Below, in pieces: positions 47,035-57,796 of a DNA stretch of 64,000 nt. The stretch covers positions 4,352,001 through 4,416,000 of the forward strand of contig CAWIPH010000002.1 of assembly GCA_963837955.1 (NCBI GenBank), given 5' to 3'. This DNA is from an uncultured Verrucomicrobiae bacterium (lineage in GTDB: Bacteria > Verrucomicrobiota > Verrucomicrobiia > Chthoniobacterales > JAFAMB01). Position 1 is the stretch's first letter. Each line of letters begins with the position of its first letter. A model generated the notes under the pieces. That model ran no database searches. It was not told where the DNA came from and was given only the letters and a program-made list of their open reading frames with translations. A program made the translations under genes and the position numbers.

Positions 47035-50000
47035 ATGTTTGGAGCACGCGGGAATACGAAGTCGGAGGGATTGGAAGTTCTCCCTCGCGGACTAGGAATT
47101 CAGGATAAGCTGCTGGTTTTTACCGTGGCGATAGCGTTCGCCATCATTTTTGGTCTCGCCTCGACAGCATTTTTTTTAACCGCGGAAGCCTTACGTAAGG
47201 CCCGGCTCGATGGCTTTCGCTCGCTTCGGCAATCGCTTTCCGAAGTAATTACCAGGTTCTTGGCTGACCACAGACGAAACATCGCGACCCAAGCTGAGAG
47301 TCAGACCTTCCGCTACGCTGCCGCCGAGCTATGCGCAGGCTATAAGAACTTAGTCAGCGATCTGCAAGATGCTGGACTCCAAGTAGACGCGCAGTTCATC
47401 GAAAAGCTGCGCGGAGAGCTTCGGGAAGGATATCAACGAGCTTTTCGGACCGACTCGGCAAAAGGTACAGCCGCCGTCGTTCCAGGGATAGAGACCATCG
47501 ACCAGTTAACGTGGGAAGGCGTTCTCGTCCAGTATGTCTATCTTCTGAAGAATCCCGCTCCGCTCTCCGCCAAGGAGGAGAACAATCTCTCGGCCGAAAT
47601 CGCAGCAAACCAAAATCTGGATCCGGGCATTCGAGCGGCCTTTGCGAAAACCATGTTTGCCGAAGTGATGGATCGGTATCACCCTGCAATCCAGGCGGTG
47701 GTCCGGCGGAATGGCTATAGCGATCTCCTTTTGATTGATAACGCTGGAAACGTCGTCTACACCTACAGCAAGCGCTGGGATTTTGGGACCAACGTTTTCC
47801 ACGGCTGGCAAGTCGACGAGACACTCAAGAAGGCCTATCTGGGCGCATGGTATTCTCCTATTCCGGACGATCGCCCCGATGGGGTAGACCGAGTCATGAT
47901 CACCGATCTGGACAGCTATCCGGCCGCTTACAATCACCCGGTTCTGTTCATGAGTTGTGCGATTGCCGATCGCTTGGGTAGCCGGCAAGCTGTCCTGGTG
48001 CACGAGGTGGCTAGCCGCCAACTGACCGAAATCGTCACCTTCGAGCAGCATTGGCCCGAAGTTGGTCTGGGCAACACGGGTGAAGCCTACATCGTCGGAC
48101 CAGACCACTTGCTGCGGACGGAGTCTCGATTCTTAGACCAAATACCCGACTCAGCAACCGTCGCGACCACCAACTTGGATGGAACACCGGGCCCTCGGAG
48201 TTCCATTCTGGCAGCGCCTTTGCACAACTTGGCAGCAGACCGGCTATTCTCGAGCGATGCTAACGTGAATGCCGGCGAGGTCACTTTCACTGATGAACGC
48301 GGCCACCGAGCGCTGGGACTGTTCTCACCACTTGCGATCCCGGAGTTGGATTGGGGATTGGTGATTCGGATTGATACGAACGAGGCCTTTCAGCCCGCTT
48401 CTGATCTCGCGCGATCAGTAGCCGGCGTCGGGCTGATTATATTAGTCATCGGAATGTGCGGCACGCTAGTGTTCGCTCACTTTCTGCTTAGACCGATCGC
48501 CAAACTGGTCACGACCGCCGAGCAAATCGGTTCGGGTAATCTCGGCGCCCGAGCTCCAGTGATAACCGCGGATGAGGTGGGCTTTCTGGCTACACGGTTT
48601 AATTACATGATCGACCAAGTCGAAGACCGCAATCAGCAGGTCAGGAAGATTCTGGAAACGGTCAATGAAGGCTTGCTTTTAGTCGGACCAGACCTGGTGA
48701 TCCAGCCCAGTTACTCTCGTGCTACCACCACCATCTTCAGGCGAGAGCTGGCCGGAATGCATTTCCTCGACCTGCTTCACGCGACCGAAAATTGGGAGTT
48801 GGAGCCAGTGGTAACGCCTGATGTCCTGGCGGCGACTGCTGGATACCTGGATCTACTCTTTAACCCCCGAATCAAAGACAAGCTGATTCAGCAAACCAAC
48901 CCACTGGCTGAGGTCGAGTATCATGAACATTCCGAAGGCTCGCGATCTCACGTCAGGTTTGTCGAGTTTCAGTTCAATCGAGTCTTTGACCAGGGGAAAA
49001 TCAGCCAGATCATGGTCACGGTCCTTGATTCGACCACAAAGATACTCTTGGGACGCCAGATCCGAGAGAACGAAGCAAGAGCGAAATCGCAAATCGAGAT
49101 GCTTTTCGGCATCATTCACATCGATCCGACCACTTTGGCTGAGTTTCTTGACCAAACCGACGCGCAAATAGCGGGAATGCTGCGGGCTCTGGAGTCGGAG
49201 CAATATGGGAGCAAAACGGCCGAATCGAGCGTTGACCGCGCTTCCCGCTACAAACGGCTGTTGGAAAAAATGTCGAGATCCCTGCATCTCCTCAGAGGGA
49301 GCGCCTCGATGATCAAGCTCACCTACTTCGAAAGGCTAGCTACGGAACTCGAGGAAAAGATCGCGACCGTCCGCGCCGGCAAAACGATTTCCGGCGAACA
49401 ATTTCTGCCGATCACCACGAGCCTGGCGTCTATTGTTGATCAAGTCGGCATGACCCGCGATCTGATCCAAAGGTTGATCGCGATGCAAGCGACCTTCGGT
49501 AGAAAGCAAAAAGTTGCGGACCGATTTGGCCAATTGGCCGAATTTGCCCGAACGGTGGCCGAACGGAACAAGAAACGGATCCACGTTGTTCTGGAAATTT
49601 CTTTGGACGGCGAAGAAATTCCGGCAGATCTGATTGACCCGGTCCAAAATATTCTCACTCAATTCGTCCGGAATGCAGTAATCCATGGAATTGAATCGCC
49701 CGAAGAACGTGTGGCCAAGATGAAGAATCCGGTCGGAAAAATCCGCATTTCTGCTTGTCGGAACGCTGACGGATCCCTTTCATTCGGCATATGCGACGAT
49801 GGGAAAGGGCTGAACTCTCAGGAACTCAAAAGTCGAGCGGTAAGGTTATCGTACGCGTCGGTGGACAAGATCCAAAATTGGACCAGCCACGAGCTAAAGG
49901 AATTGATATTCCAAGCCGGCTTTACTACGTTGGATCACCCTACTCGCGACGGAGGTCGGGGCATCGGTTTGGATGCAGTTCGTGATCTTGCGGCTCAAAT

Positions 50001-50073
50001 CGGAGGTTCGGTGGCCGTGAGTACTGAACAGGATATTTATTGTGAGTTTCGGCTGAAGATTCCTGGGAAATGA
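47035..50073 (+). CDS. Membrane-bound CheA-like kinase: TM-Cache-TM-HAMP-PAS-like-Hpt-HATPase, with no CheW domain
   Basis: GLGNTGEAYIVG (Cache), DEVGFLATRFNYM (HAMP), SLHLLRGSA (Hpt), VRNAVIHGIE, DDGKG, IFQAGFTT and GRGIGLDAV; the ORF ends right after the HATPase. Confidence 0.88.
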   Translation: MFGARGNTKSEGLEVLPRGLGIQDKLLVFTVAIAFAIIFGLASTAFFLTAEALRKARLDGFRSLRQSLSEVITRFLADHRRNIATQAESQTFRYAAAELCAGYKNLVSDLQDAGLQVDAQFIEKLRGELREGYQRAFRTDSAKGTAAVVPGIETIDQLTWEGVLVQYVYLLKNPAPLSAKEENNLSAEIAANQNLDPGIRAAFAKTMFAEVMDRYHPAIQAVVRRNGYSDLLLIDNAGNVVYTYSKRWDFGTNVFHGWQVDETLKKAYLGAWYSPIPDDRPDGVDRVMITDLDSYPAAYNHPVLFMSCAIADRLGSRQAVLVHEVASRQLTEIVTFEQHWPEVGLGNTGEAYIVGPDHLLRTESRFLDQIPDSATVATTNLDGTPGPRSSILAAPLHNLAADRLFSSDANVNAGEVTFTDERGHRALGLFSPLAIPELDWGLVIRIDTNEAFQPASDLARSVAGVGLIILVIGMCGTLVFAHFLLRPIAKLVTTAEQIGSGNLGARAPVITADEVGFLATRFNYMIDQVEDRNQQVRKILETVNEGLLLVGPDLVIQPSYSRATTTIFRRELAGMHFLDLLHATENWELEPVVTPDVLAATAGYLDLLFNPRIKDKLIQQTNPLAEVEYHEHSEGSRSHVRFVEFQFNRVFDQGKISQIMVTVLDSTTKILLGRQIRENEARAKSQIEMLFGIIHIDPTTLAEFLDQTDAQIAGMLRALESEQYGSKTAESSVDRASRYKRLLEKMSRSLHLLRGSASMIKLTYFERLATELEEKIATVRAGKTISGEQFLPITTSLASIVDQVGMTRDLIQRLIAMQATFGRKQKVADRFGQLAEFARTVAERNKKRIHVVLEISLDGEEIPADLIDPVQNILTQFVRNAVIHGIESPEERVAKMKNPVGKIRISACRNADGSLSFGICDDGKGLNSQELKSRAVRLSYASVDKIQNWTSHELKELIFQAGFTTLDHPTRDGGRGIGLDAVRDLAAQIGGSVAVSTEQDIYCEFRLKIPGK

Positions 50074-50429
50074 AATTGCTAATCGTTGATGATTCAAGCG
50101 TGATACGGCGAGCAATCGAGCGCGGGATTGAATCAGGGGAAATCACCGAGGTGGATCAAGCGGAAGACGGGGAGCAAGCTATCCAACTATACGCCGAAAA
50201 ACGGCACGATATCATTACGCTGGATATCACTATGCCGAAGATGGACGGCTTGACTTGCTTGGACAAGCTGATGGAGATCAATCCAGAAGCGAAGGTTCTC
50301 ATCATCTCTGCCCTCCGCGATCGAACAACGGCGATTCGGGCTATCAAGCAGGGCGCCAGCGGTTTTCTCTGCAAACCGATAAATCCGGATGAACTTCGAG
50401 AGGCGTTCCAACTTTTGCTGAGCGACTAG
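50070..50429 (+). CDS. cheY: Single-domain response regulator, CheY-like
   Basis: LIVDDS, TLDITMPKMDG and KP motifs; overlaps the kinase stop codon. Confidence 0.88.
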   Translation: MKLLIVDDSSVIRRAIERGIESGEITEVDQAEDGEQAIQLYAEKRHDIITLDITMPKMDGLTCLDKLMEINPEAKVLIISALRDRTTAIRAIKQGASGFLCKPINPDELREAFQLLLSD

Positions 50430-50436
50430 ACGAAAA

Positions 50437-50883
50437 ATGGACGATCAAGATATTAACGTCTTCATTTCCACTGCTAGACGCTATTTTGCCTCGTTGGAGG
50501 AAAGACCCTCGCTGGTGATTGAACCTCCCTTCGTTCGGGAAAAGCTTGGGCCATTCCTGGAGTATACAGGTATAATCGGCGTCTCCGGGAGAACTCGCGG
50601 AGTGGTCTGTTTCACAGCAACGGGCAAAATGCTTGGGGAGATCCTCGCCTTGTTGAAAGAAACCCGGACGGATGAGGAAGCAAAAAAGGATCTTGTAGGT
50701 GAGATCGCCAACACGTTGAGTGGAAACGCTCGGGAAGAATTTGGAAGCGATTTTCAAATTTCGGTGCCGACGGTCGTAGTTGGGCGGGAAACCCACCTTA
50801 GCCAGCGAAATGATTCACGAAATTATGCCATTCCGCTGAATTGGCATGCCGAGACAGCCTACCTTCTAGTGGCACTAGAGTAG
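50437..50883 (+). CDS. cheX: CheX-like phosphatase
   Basis: TGIIGVSG, DLVGEIANTLSGN (ExxN) and ISVPTVV motifs. Confidence 0.88.
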   Translation: MDDQDINVFISTARRYFASLEERPSLVIEPPFVREKLGPFLEYTGIIGVSGRTRGVVCFTATGKMLGEILALLKETRTDEEAKKDLVGEIANTLSGNAREEFGSDFQISVPTVVVGRETHLSQRNDSRNYAIPLNWHAETAYLLVALE

Positions 50884-51108
50884 CCGAGCCGAAAAAGCGG
50901 GCAAATAGTGCCTTTATTGGCAAAACTCTTCAAGGAAAAGCACAAAATTTGAACGGCGCGCTCCCCCAGCCTGTCTATCTCTACGGTTAAGGCGATTCGG
51001 GTTTGCGCACGATTCTCTCGACTTCTACTCCTTGGCGTGCGCAACCCGGATCATTTTTTTTAGCGATCCTTGATCGAACCGAGGCTACCCGATACGCTCG
51101 CGCCTACA

Positions 51109-51795
51109 ATGCGGGAGACCATTCTCGTTATCGATGACGAGGCAGACGTAATTGACCTCGTCAGATATCATCTAAACCGGGCCGGATTTGATGTTGATGT
51201 CGCCTCAACGGGTCTGGCCGGTTTACAGGCGGCTCGACAACGACGTCCGGACGCCATCGTTTTGGACATCATGCTACCTCAAATGAGCGGCACGGAGGTG
51301 TTGCAAAGGCTCAAACGACAGCTCGACACCGCCAAGATCCCGGTATTGATGCTAACCGCAAAGGGTCTGCTGTCGGATCGCATCGCTGGCTTGGAACTCG
51401 GCGTTGATGACTACATCACTAAGCCGTTCAGCCCTCGAGAACTAGTTCTCCGACTGCAAAACCTTCTTCGACGAATTGGAAACAACCAGTCGGCGGCTAC
51501 CCTTGAAGTGGACGGATTCTGCCTTAATAAGAGTAACTTTGAGATCACCGTGCAGGGCAAACGTCTCGATCTTACCACGACGGAATTTAAGCTTCTCGCG
51601 ACGCTAGTGGAGAGGCGCGGGCGAACGCTTAGCCGAGAAACCCTGCTCCAGGACGTTTGGGGCTACGAAAACGCTATTGATACTCGGACCGTCGACACTC
51701 ACGTGCGCAGGCTCCGGGAGAAGCTGGGTATGGCAGCGGGCCGAATAGTAACGGTTCGCGGAGAAGGATATCGTTTCTTACCACAACAATCGTGA
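51109..51795 (+). CDS. phoB: OmpR/PhoB-family response regulator (PhoB-like)
   Basis: Receiver domain plus wHTH (LLQDVWGY, DTRTVDTHVRRLREKL, TVRGEGY); paired with a PhoR-like kinase. Confidence 0.75.
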   Translation: MRETILVIDDEADVIDLVRYHLNRAGFDVDVASTGLAGLQAARQRRPDAIVLDIMLPQMSGTEVLQRLKRQLDTAKIPVLMLTAKGLLSDRIAGLELGVDDYITKPFSPRELVLRLQNLLRRIGNNQSAATLEVDGFCLNKSNFEITVQGKRLDLTTTEFKLLATLVERRGRTLSRETLLQDVWGYENAIDTRTVDTHVRRLREKLGMAAGRIVTVRGEGYRFLPQQS

Positions 51796-53075
51796 CAATC
51801 GTTTGGCTCATCTTTTGGCCGTTGCTTTTTTTGATTGCCGCCGGTACGGCGCTCATCCTGCGACATCACCTGGTGCAAATTCGTCAGGCCATCCGCAGCC
51901 TGGCAATCCAAGAACCGATTTCGTCCAGTGCTTCGCGGCCGGCGATTGTGCGGGAGATCTATCATGATCTCCAACAGATCGCGAATCGGCAGCGGAAAAT
52001 CGCTCAACTGGTTGCTGACGAGGATTTTAGCCTGCGTGCCATCCTCGGAAGCATGGTCGAGGGCGTCCTGGTAGCAAACCGTGATTTGACGATTCGCCTG
52101 GCCAACGATCGCCTCGCAAAAATGTTTGTACTTTCACGCAGCCCGGTTGGCCGAACGGTTATGGAGACTTTTCGCAACCACGTGCTGCATCAGATGGCCC
52201 GCCGCACGGTAGAAACGGAAGCTCCTCAATTTGCGGAACTTCCGGTAGATATCCGTGAAAAAGATGGGTTCGTCGCAAAGCACTTCCAGGTGACATCGGT
52301 CGCCCTGCGACCCCCGACTCGGGAAGGAATTGCGGGTATCCTCTTGGTTTTCCACGACGTCACCCAGGTCCGATCATTGGAAGGCGTTCGCAAAGATTTC
52401 GTCGCGAACGTGTCTCACGAACTCCGAACGCCACTCTCAATTATCACGGGATATCTCGAGACCTTGTTGGAAGCGCCGCCTGACCGTGCTACCACCAAAA
52501 AATTTCTGGGGACGATGCATAAGCATGCTCAACGCCTCAATCTGCTGGTCGACGATCTTCTCGAATTATCCAGATTGGAATCGCGCCGTCTGCCTCTTAA
52601 GTTCCAGCCCGTTCAGCTCCGAGCTTGTGTTGCCAGAGCCCTTGAGAGGTCCGACAGCTTGATCAATACTGTCGGTGCCGAGGTTATCATCGACATTCCG
52701 GACGAAATTCCACTTGCTGAGGCCGATCCGATGAAACTGGAGCAGGCTATTTTTAACCTGCTGGATAACGCTCTGAAGTACGGTGGCAAGGCCGACCTCA
52801 AAGTCTGGGTATCCGCCAAGCGCTCGGGCTCCGATCTTGTTCTCGAGGTGAAAGATAATGGCCCCGGCATTCCACTAACGGATCAGCCCCACATTTTCGA
52901 GCGATTTTACCGGGTTCACAAAGACCGGTCGAGGGATGCCGGAGGAACTGGGCTGGGGCTATCGATCGTTAAACATACGATTCAAGCGCATGGGGGAACT
53001 GTGTCTCTGGAAAGCTCCCCGGGTTCCGGTTCAGCATTCATGATCCGCCTACCGGTCATTCCGACCCAACCTTAG
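51792..53075 (+). CDS. phoR: PhoR-like sensor histidine kinase
   Basis: PAS region, RKDFVANVSHELRTPL, NLLDNALKY and IFERFYRVHKDRSRDAGGTGLGLSIVKH motifs. Confidence 0.8.
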   Translation: MTIVWLIFWPLLFLIAAGTALILRHHLVQIRQAIRSLAIQEPISSSASRPAIVREIYHDLQQIANRQRKIAQLVADEDFSLRAILGSMVEGVLVANRDLTIRLANDRLAKMFVLSRSPVGRTVMETFRNHVLHQMARRTVETEAPQFAELPVDIREKDGFVAKHFQVTSVALRPPTREGIAGILLVFHDVTQVRSLEGVRKDFVANVSHELRTPLSIITGYLETLLEAPPDRATTKKFLGTMHKHAQRLNLLVDDLLELSRLESRRLPLKFQPVQLRACVARALERSDSLINTVGAEVIIDIPDEIPLAEADPMKLEQAIFNLLDNALKYGGKADLKVWVSAKRSGSDLVLEVKDNGPGIPLTDQPHIFERFYRVHKDRSRDAGGTGLGLSIVKHTIQAHGGTVSLESSPGSGSAFMIRLPVIPTQP

Positions 53076-53111
53076 CCGCGCTTAGGTGATCGGTTATCTG
53101 TGCTTCCATTT

Positions 53112-54923
53112 TTAAGTCTTCCGTTTAGCGGCCTCCGCCATCGCCCGATCAATGAGAAAGGTCGCCAGATGCTGGGTGCCCTCGTCCAGGGCGGTGTTTG
53201 CCAGTTTCAGACGCTGATGATCGTGGCTCTCAAGCGCCTCTTCGACCCCTTTCACCAACGCTTCGATCTCCAGTCTCTCGGCCGCAGAGAGCTTCTCTCC
53301 AACCAGGGTTAGTGCACTGCGGACAGCCGGAAGCAGCTCGTTACTTTTTAGCGCCGCTTCGGTCCAGACCCGTTCCGCCATATCCTCGAAGGCGTGATCC
53401 AGGGACTCAGCGATCATCTTTTCCACTGCTTCATCCGAGACATCCACGGCGCTCGATAGGTCCAGCACTTTTTCATGTCCGCTTTTGGTGTCTCGAGCCA
53501 GGACGTGAAGGATGCCATCCGCATCGATGTCGAATTGGACCCCTACGCGGGCAACCCCTTTTGGTACCGGCATAAACTCGAGCTCAAAATTTCCTAGCTC
53601 CCAATTGTCCTTCGCCAATTCGCGCTCACCCTGGAGGACCTTAATACGCATCGATCGTTGGTCAGCGATGGCATTGGTGAACATTTCGCCGGCTCGACAA
53701 GGAATCGTGGAGTTCCTGGGAATGATCACGTTCATCAATCCACCGAACGTTTCGACGCCAAGCGAGAGCGGGGTTACGTCCAACAACACCACATTTTGCA
53801 CTTGGCCCGAGAGAATACCGGCCTGGATGGTCGCTCCTACGGCAACTGCTTCGTCAGGATTCTGAGTCAAATTGGGCAAACGTTGGAATACTTCCGCCAC
53901 AAACTGACGCACGACTGGCATCCGGGTGACTCCCCCGACCAAAATGACCTCGTCTAATTGCCGGGGATCGAGTTTCGCATCATCGAGCGAGCGCAAACAA
54001 TGCCCTCGGGTCCGCCGGAGAATCGGGCGTACCAACGCGTCGAGCTCAGGTCTCGTAAGCAGGTAACTAAACCGCCGATTTCCTGGCAGGAAAGGGATAT
54101 CTATTTGGACCGATTCCTCGTCCGAAAGGCGAATCTTCGCGTCATGGCATAGCTCACGCAGTTTCGCAGCGAAAAGAGGCTCTTCGAGATTCGTCCGGAT
54201 TTCCGGATGCCTTGCCGTAATTCGGTCTTTGAGCAAACGGATCAACTCGCGATCAATATCATCGCCGCCCAAGCGCGTATTGCCGTTCGTCGAGAGAACC
54301 CGAAAGACACCTTCGTTCAGCTCCAGAATCGAGATGTCGAACGTTCCGCCACCGAGATCGTAAACAGCAATCCTGGAACGATCTTTTAACCGGTCCAATC
54401 CGTACGCCAATGCCGCAGCCGTCGGCTCATTGATGATGCGTTCAACCGTAAATCCGGCAAGTTCACCCGCCCGCTTTGTCGATTGGCGTTGTAGGTCGTT
54501 GAAGTAGGCCGGTACAGTAATAACGGCCCGGTCAATCGACCGATTGATCGCTTGCTCCGCGTCGCATTTCAATTTCTGGAGCACAATGCTGGAGATTTGT
54601 TCCGGTCGATAAGGCGTACCCGCCACGTCAATTACCGTCTGGCCTTCCCGGGAAATAACCGGATAGGTAAAACTCTCTTTATCCGATTCGCCCGTCCTTC
54701 GACCGATCAACCGCTTGACCGAATAGACTGTGCGAGCGGGTTCTAAGACGCGCATTCGATCGGCAGCGCTTCCAACTATTGGTTGCCCGGATTCCGGAAA
54801 GTAGACAACCGAAGGAGTCAGCCGTAATCCCTTTTCATCGGCCAGCAGGATCGGGAAACCGGCGTCCATGATCCCGATCAACGAATTCGTGGTGCCTAGA
54901 TCGATGCCGACGATGTCACTCAT
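53112..54923 (-). CDS. hscA: Hsp70 chaperone, HscA-like
   Basis: [27 protein letters not shown] and [10 protein letters not shown] motifs; lies downstream of iscA-hscB; likely start MSDIVG at 54923. Confidence 0.8.
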   Translation of the reverse strand: MSDIVGIDLGTTNSLIGIMDAGFPILLADEKGLRLTPSVVYFPESGQPIVGSAADRMRVLEPARTVYSVKRLIGRRTGESDKESFTYPVISREGQTVIDVAGTPYRPEQISSIVLQKLKCDAEQAINRSIDRAVITVPAYFNDLQRQSTKRAGELAGFTVERIINEPTAAALAYGLDRLKDRSRIAVYDLGGGTFDISILELNEGVFRVLSTNGNTRLGGDDIDRELIRLLKDRITARHPEIRTNLEEPLFAAKLRELCHDAKIRLSDEESVQIDIPFLPGNRRFSYLLTRPELDALVRPILRRTRGHCLRSLDDAKLDPRQLDEVILVGGVTRMPVVRQFVAEVFQRLPNLTQNPDEAVAVGATIQAGILSGQVQNVVLLDVTPLSLGVETFGGLMNVIIPRNSTIPCRAGEMFTNAIADQRSMRIKVLQGERELAKDNWELGNFELEFMPVPKGVARVGVQFDIDADGILHVLARDTKSGHEKVLDLSSAVDVSDEAVEKMIAESLDHAFEDMAERVWTEAALKSNELLPAVRSALTLVGEKLSAAERLEIEALVKGVEEALESHDHQRLKLANTALDEGTQHLATFLIDRAMAEAAKRKT

Positions 54924-54970
54924 AGGAATGGCTGGGATAGACATAGCCGCAGCAGGGCTCCCGGCAAGCC

Positions 54971-55231
54971 CTAGTGAAGCTGGTAGACACGAACCCAATC
55001 TAAACCGGCATTGGCCAGCAGCGCTTTATCATCAATTTTCTGAGGCTCAGTGGGCTCGCCCCTCCGAGCGCCGAGACTCGTCAGCCATGCACTCTGCGGG
55101 TGGTGTAAAAACTTGCCGTCGGCCTCGTGGGTCCTATTGCCATCCAGAGAAAAGGTCACCATCGTGGAGGTAAATTCATAGGCCGGCACCTGAAAATCCG
55201 CCGCGCGGTTCAGCACATTGACGAAAGCCAT
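54971..55231 (-). pseudogene. Probable C-terminal fragment of a GH16 glycoside hydrolase
   Basis: ADFQVPAYEFTSTMVTFSLDG...WLTS...LDWVRVYQ resembles the GH16 'DFHxY.xEW....xFYxDG ... VDWVRVYQ' C-terminus; the catalytic ExDxxE motif is absent. Confidence 0.45.
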
Positions 55232-55280
55232 CACAGCTTTTTGTCCTTCCTGCCCGCAATGCGCCGAATGAGGCAAGGCG

Positions 55281-55838
55281 CTAAACCAGTTCATCGAATC
55301 GGAGTTTTCGCTCTCTTAACTCGTTGATCCACTTTTCGGTAAACCTAAGGTTGAGAGCGAGCTCGGCTAAACGAGGAAGCGCTTCCAACCGATTGGCCGG
55401 CCAACCGTCATTGATTTCCCGAAGCTGTTGCAGAAGCGATTCGTGCAAACTACTCAGCTCAAGAGATAGCTCTTCGATCGTCGCCAGATTTTGCTGCAGC
55501 AGCTGAAGTTTTGCCGCCCTGAGAAGGTTAAGGGTCTCCTGCGTCAGCTGATAATAGGTTTCATCGAACCGGTGCAAGATCTCCGCAACCTTTCCAAACC
55601 ATTTCTCGACTTCTGGACTGATCACTCGATCATGCAAGTCTGCCGACTCCAGCGTGAGCAAGTGGTCGAGCCGGCTCACTGTATCGGACAAAACTCGAAA
55701 CGCTTCGTTGAGCACGACCGGATCGCCCTGCCGCTTTGTTTCGCCACCGTCATTCTTTCGGGCGAAAGTTTCGTTAAGCTTGCTCAAATCGATCAGCGGA
55801 CGCCGAGGAACATCGAACAACAAGAAAAAGTCGATCAT
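55281..55838 (-). CDS. hscB: Co-chaperone HscB-like, with a degenerate J-domain
   Basis: DFFLLFDVPRRPLID and LNEAFRVLSD..SRL..LL motifs; ATGA overlap with iscA; HPD motif missing. Confidence 0.7.
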   Translation of the reverse strand: MIDFFLLFDVPRRPLIDLSKLNETFARKNDGGETKRQGDPVVLNEAFRVLSDTVSRLDHLLTLESADLHDRVISPEVEKWFGKVAEILHRFDETYYQLTQETLNLLRAAKLQLLQQNLATIEELSLELSSLHESLLQQLREINDGWPANRLEALPRLAELALNLRFTEKWINELRERKLRFDELV

Positions 55839-56203
55839 GCGGAAAAGCTTTCGCCGCACGAACAATGGGCCACCGCGTTTGGATTGGTAACTTTAAATCC
55901 GCCCTTCTGCAGATCTTCGCTGAAGTCGACCGAAGAACCGCTGACAAATAAAGCGGTTTTCGGGTCCACCACGACGCGCACTCGATTTGATTCGACCAAA
56001 ATGTCCCGGTTCGCCGGCCCATCGACCAAATCCATCTTGTATTGCAGCCCAGAACAACCTCCACCGATTACCGCAACGCGTAAGGCGCCCTGAGGTCTGC
56101 CTTGGCGCGCCAACAACTGAGAAAGCTTGGCCGCCGCGCTCTCCGTCACTTTGACCAAACGCTCGTTCCCAATCTTATAGCGGATTTCGATTCCAGCACT
56201 CAC
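55835..56203 (-). CDS. iscA: Fe-S cluster assembly accessory protein IscA/HesB
   Basis: GGGCSGLQY and NPNA..HCSCGESF motifs; GTG start. Confidence 0.92.
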   Translation of the reverse strand: MSAGIEIRYKIGNERLVKVTESAAAKLSQLLARQGRPQGALRVAVIGGGCSGLQYKMDLVDGPANRDILVESNRVRVVVDPKTALFVSGSSVDFSEDLQKGGFKVTNPNAVAHCSCGESFSA

Positions 56204-56394
56204 AGGCAGGAATATGAAAGTTTAAGGGCTAAAAAGCAACTTTTGCGCCTGCTGCCCATATTTTAACGAACCGAAAAGCGGCGCACGCTGGTCGCTAAGA
56301 AGCAGATCTCAGTCGTGTTCCCTACGTTTTCAATTTGGAAATAGGTGTACAACCAGTTGCTTCGGGCAGCTATCTCGGTTTGCTGGTGGTTCCC

Positions 56395-57777
56395 ATGGCC
56401 AGCCAACGAAAGCTCTTCGTGGCCGAGCTGCGAACCACGCTAGCTCTAGCCGTCCCAATGATGATCGGGCAGTTTGGCCAGATGCTGATGGGCATCACCG
56501 ATACTCTGGTATTAGGCAGAGTCGGCGTCGTTCCCCTCGCTGCCGTAGGTTTTTCTAATACGCTATTAGGAACGCTTTATGTCGCAGGCATCGGACTCTT
56601 GACTTCGATAGGCATTTTCGCGGCCCAAGCTCACGGAGCGCAACTGGAGAAAGAAAAAGTCGAAGTGATGCGATCCGCTCTCTGGTTGTCGCTGTTGGCC
56701 GGTACCTCGGCTGCGGCCCTAATCTGGCTCCTCTTACCGGTTCTTCGTATATTTGGTCAACCGATCGCGATTGAAACGGCCGCCCGACCCTACCTTGCGA
56801 TCGTCGGACTCTCATTGATTCCGGCGCTCGGCTCGATGGCCGCCAAAACCTTTTGTGAAGCCTTGGGCAAGCCGGTAATTCCGACAGCCATCCTCTATGT
56901 CGGAGTGACTTTGAATCTCCTGTTGAATTTGCCGTTGGTCTTCGGGTGGATGGGGATTCCGGCACTCGGTCTTCTAGGTTCTGCCATCGCCACATTTTGG
57001 TCGCGCGTTTTTGTGCTGATAGGCACCGTTGCTTACGCATTATTCTTGAGCCGATTGAAGTGGTCGGCTCTCGCCCCTTCTCGGGTTGATTGGCTCAAGG
57101 TCGGCGCCCTTTTTCGAGTCGGGTTGCCGATCGGCTGTCAATACCTCGCCGAAGTAGGTGCATTTGGCTTTGGTGCCGTCATGATGGGATGGATCGGAAC
57201 GGTTCCGTTGGCCAGTCACCAAGTCGTCCTGACGTGCGCCGCAACAAGTTTCATGTTTCCACTTGGTGTTTCGATAGCGGCTGCTGTCCGCATTGGTCAT
57301 GCCGTCGGCTCCGGAGCGCACGATGCTTTACGTCGCATTGCGAACGGGGCAATTCTGATCTCGACCGCTGTCGCCACCGGCTTCTGTATTCTCTATCTTC
57401 TGGCCGGCCACCAAATTACCGGCTTGTTTACTAGTGAGAAAGAGGTAGTCCTCCTAGCCACCCGCCTCATGATCGTGGCGGGGATCTTCCAGATCGCTGA
57501 CGGTATCCAGGTAACCGCGGCCGGTTGCCTGCGCGGGCTGGCTGACGTTCGGCTCCCGATGCTTATCGGAATTTTCTGTTATTGGGCCGTCGCTATTCCA
57601 ACCGCTTTTGTCGTCGCATTTACCGCCCAGAAGGGAGCGATCGGCATTTGGGTCGGGCTCGCCACCGGGTTATTTGTTGCCGCGACTTTGCTCACTTGGC
57701 GCTTGCTCGCCGTGACTCGTCCAGGAGTCCAAGATCGGTTTGTGTTTTCGGGAAGAGAAACGGTTGAGCCGTCCTAG
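56395..57777 (+). CDS. MATE family efflux transporter (NorM-like)
   Basis: About 12 TM segments; DTLVLGRVG, FMFPLG, FQIADGIQV..GCLRG and GIWVGL motifs. Confidence 0.92.
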   Translation: MASQRKLFVAELRTTLALAVPMMIGQFGQMLMGITDTLVLGRVGVVPLAAVGFSNTLLGTLYVAGIGLLTSIGIFAAQAHGAQLEKEKVEVMRSALWLSLLAGTSAAALIWLLLPVLRIFGQPIAIETAARPYLAIVGLSLIPALGSMAAKTFCEALGKPVIPTAILYVGVTLNLLLNLPLVFGWMGIPALGLLGSAIATFWSRVFVLIGTVAYALFLSRLKWSALAPSRVDWLKVGALFRVGLPIGCQYLAEVGAFGFGAVMMGWIGTVPLASHQVVLTCAATSFMFPLGVSIAAAVRIGHAVGSGAHDALRRIANGAILISTAVATGFCILYLLAGHQITGLFTSEKEVVLLATRLMIVAGIFQIADGIQVTAAGCLRGLADVRLPMLIGIFCYWAVAIPTAFVVAFTAQKGAIGIWVGLATGLFVAATLLTWRLLAVTRPGVQDRFVFSGRETVEPS

Positions 57778-57796
57778 CGCTCCGGCGGCGAACCGA

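Noticed and set aside
53112..54998. Hsp70 as the housekeeping DnaK
   Set aside because: Its context is iscA-hscB with no grpE or dnaJ, and the C-terminus is short, so HscA-like fits better.
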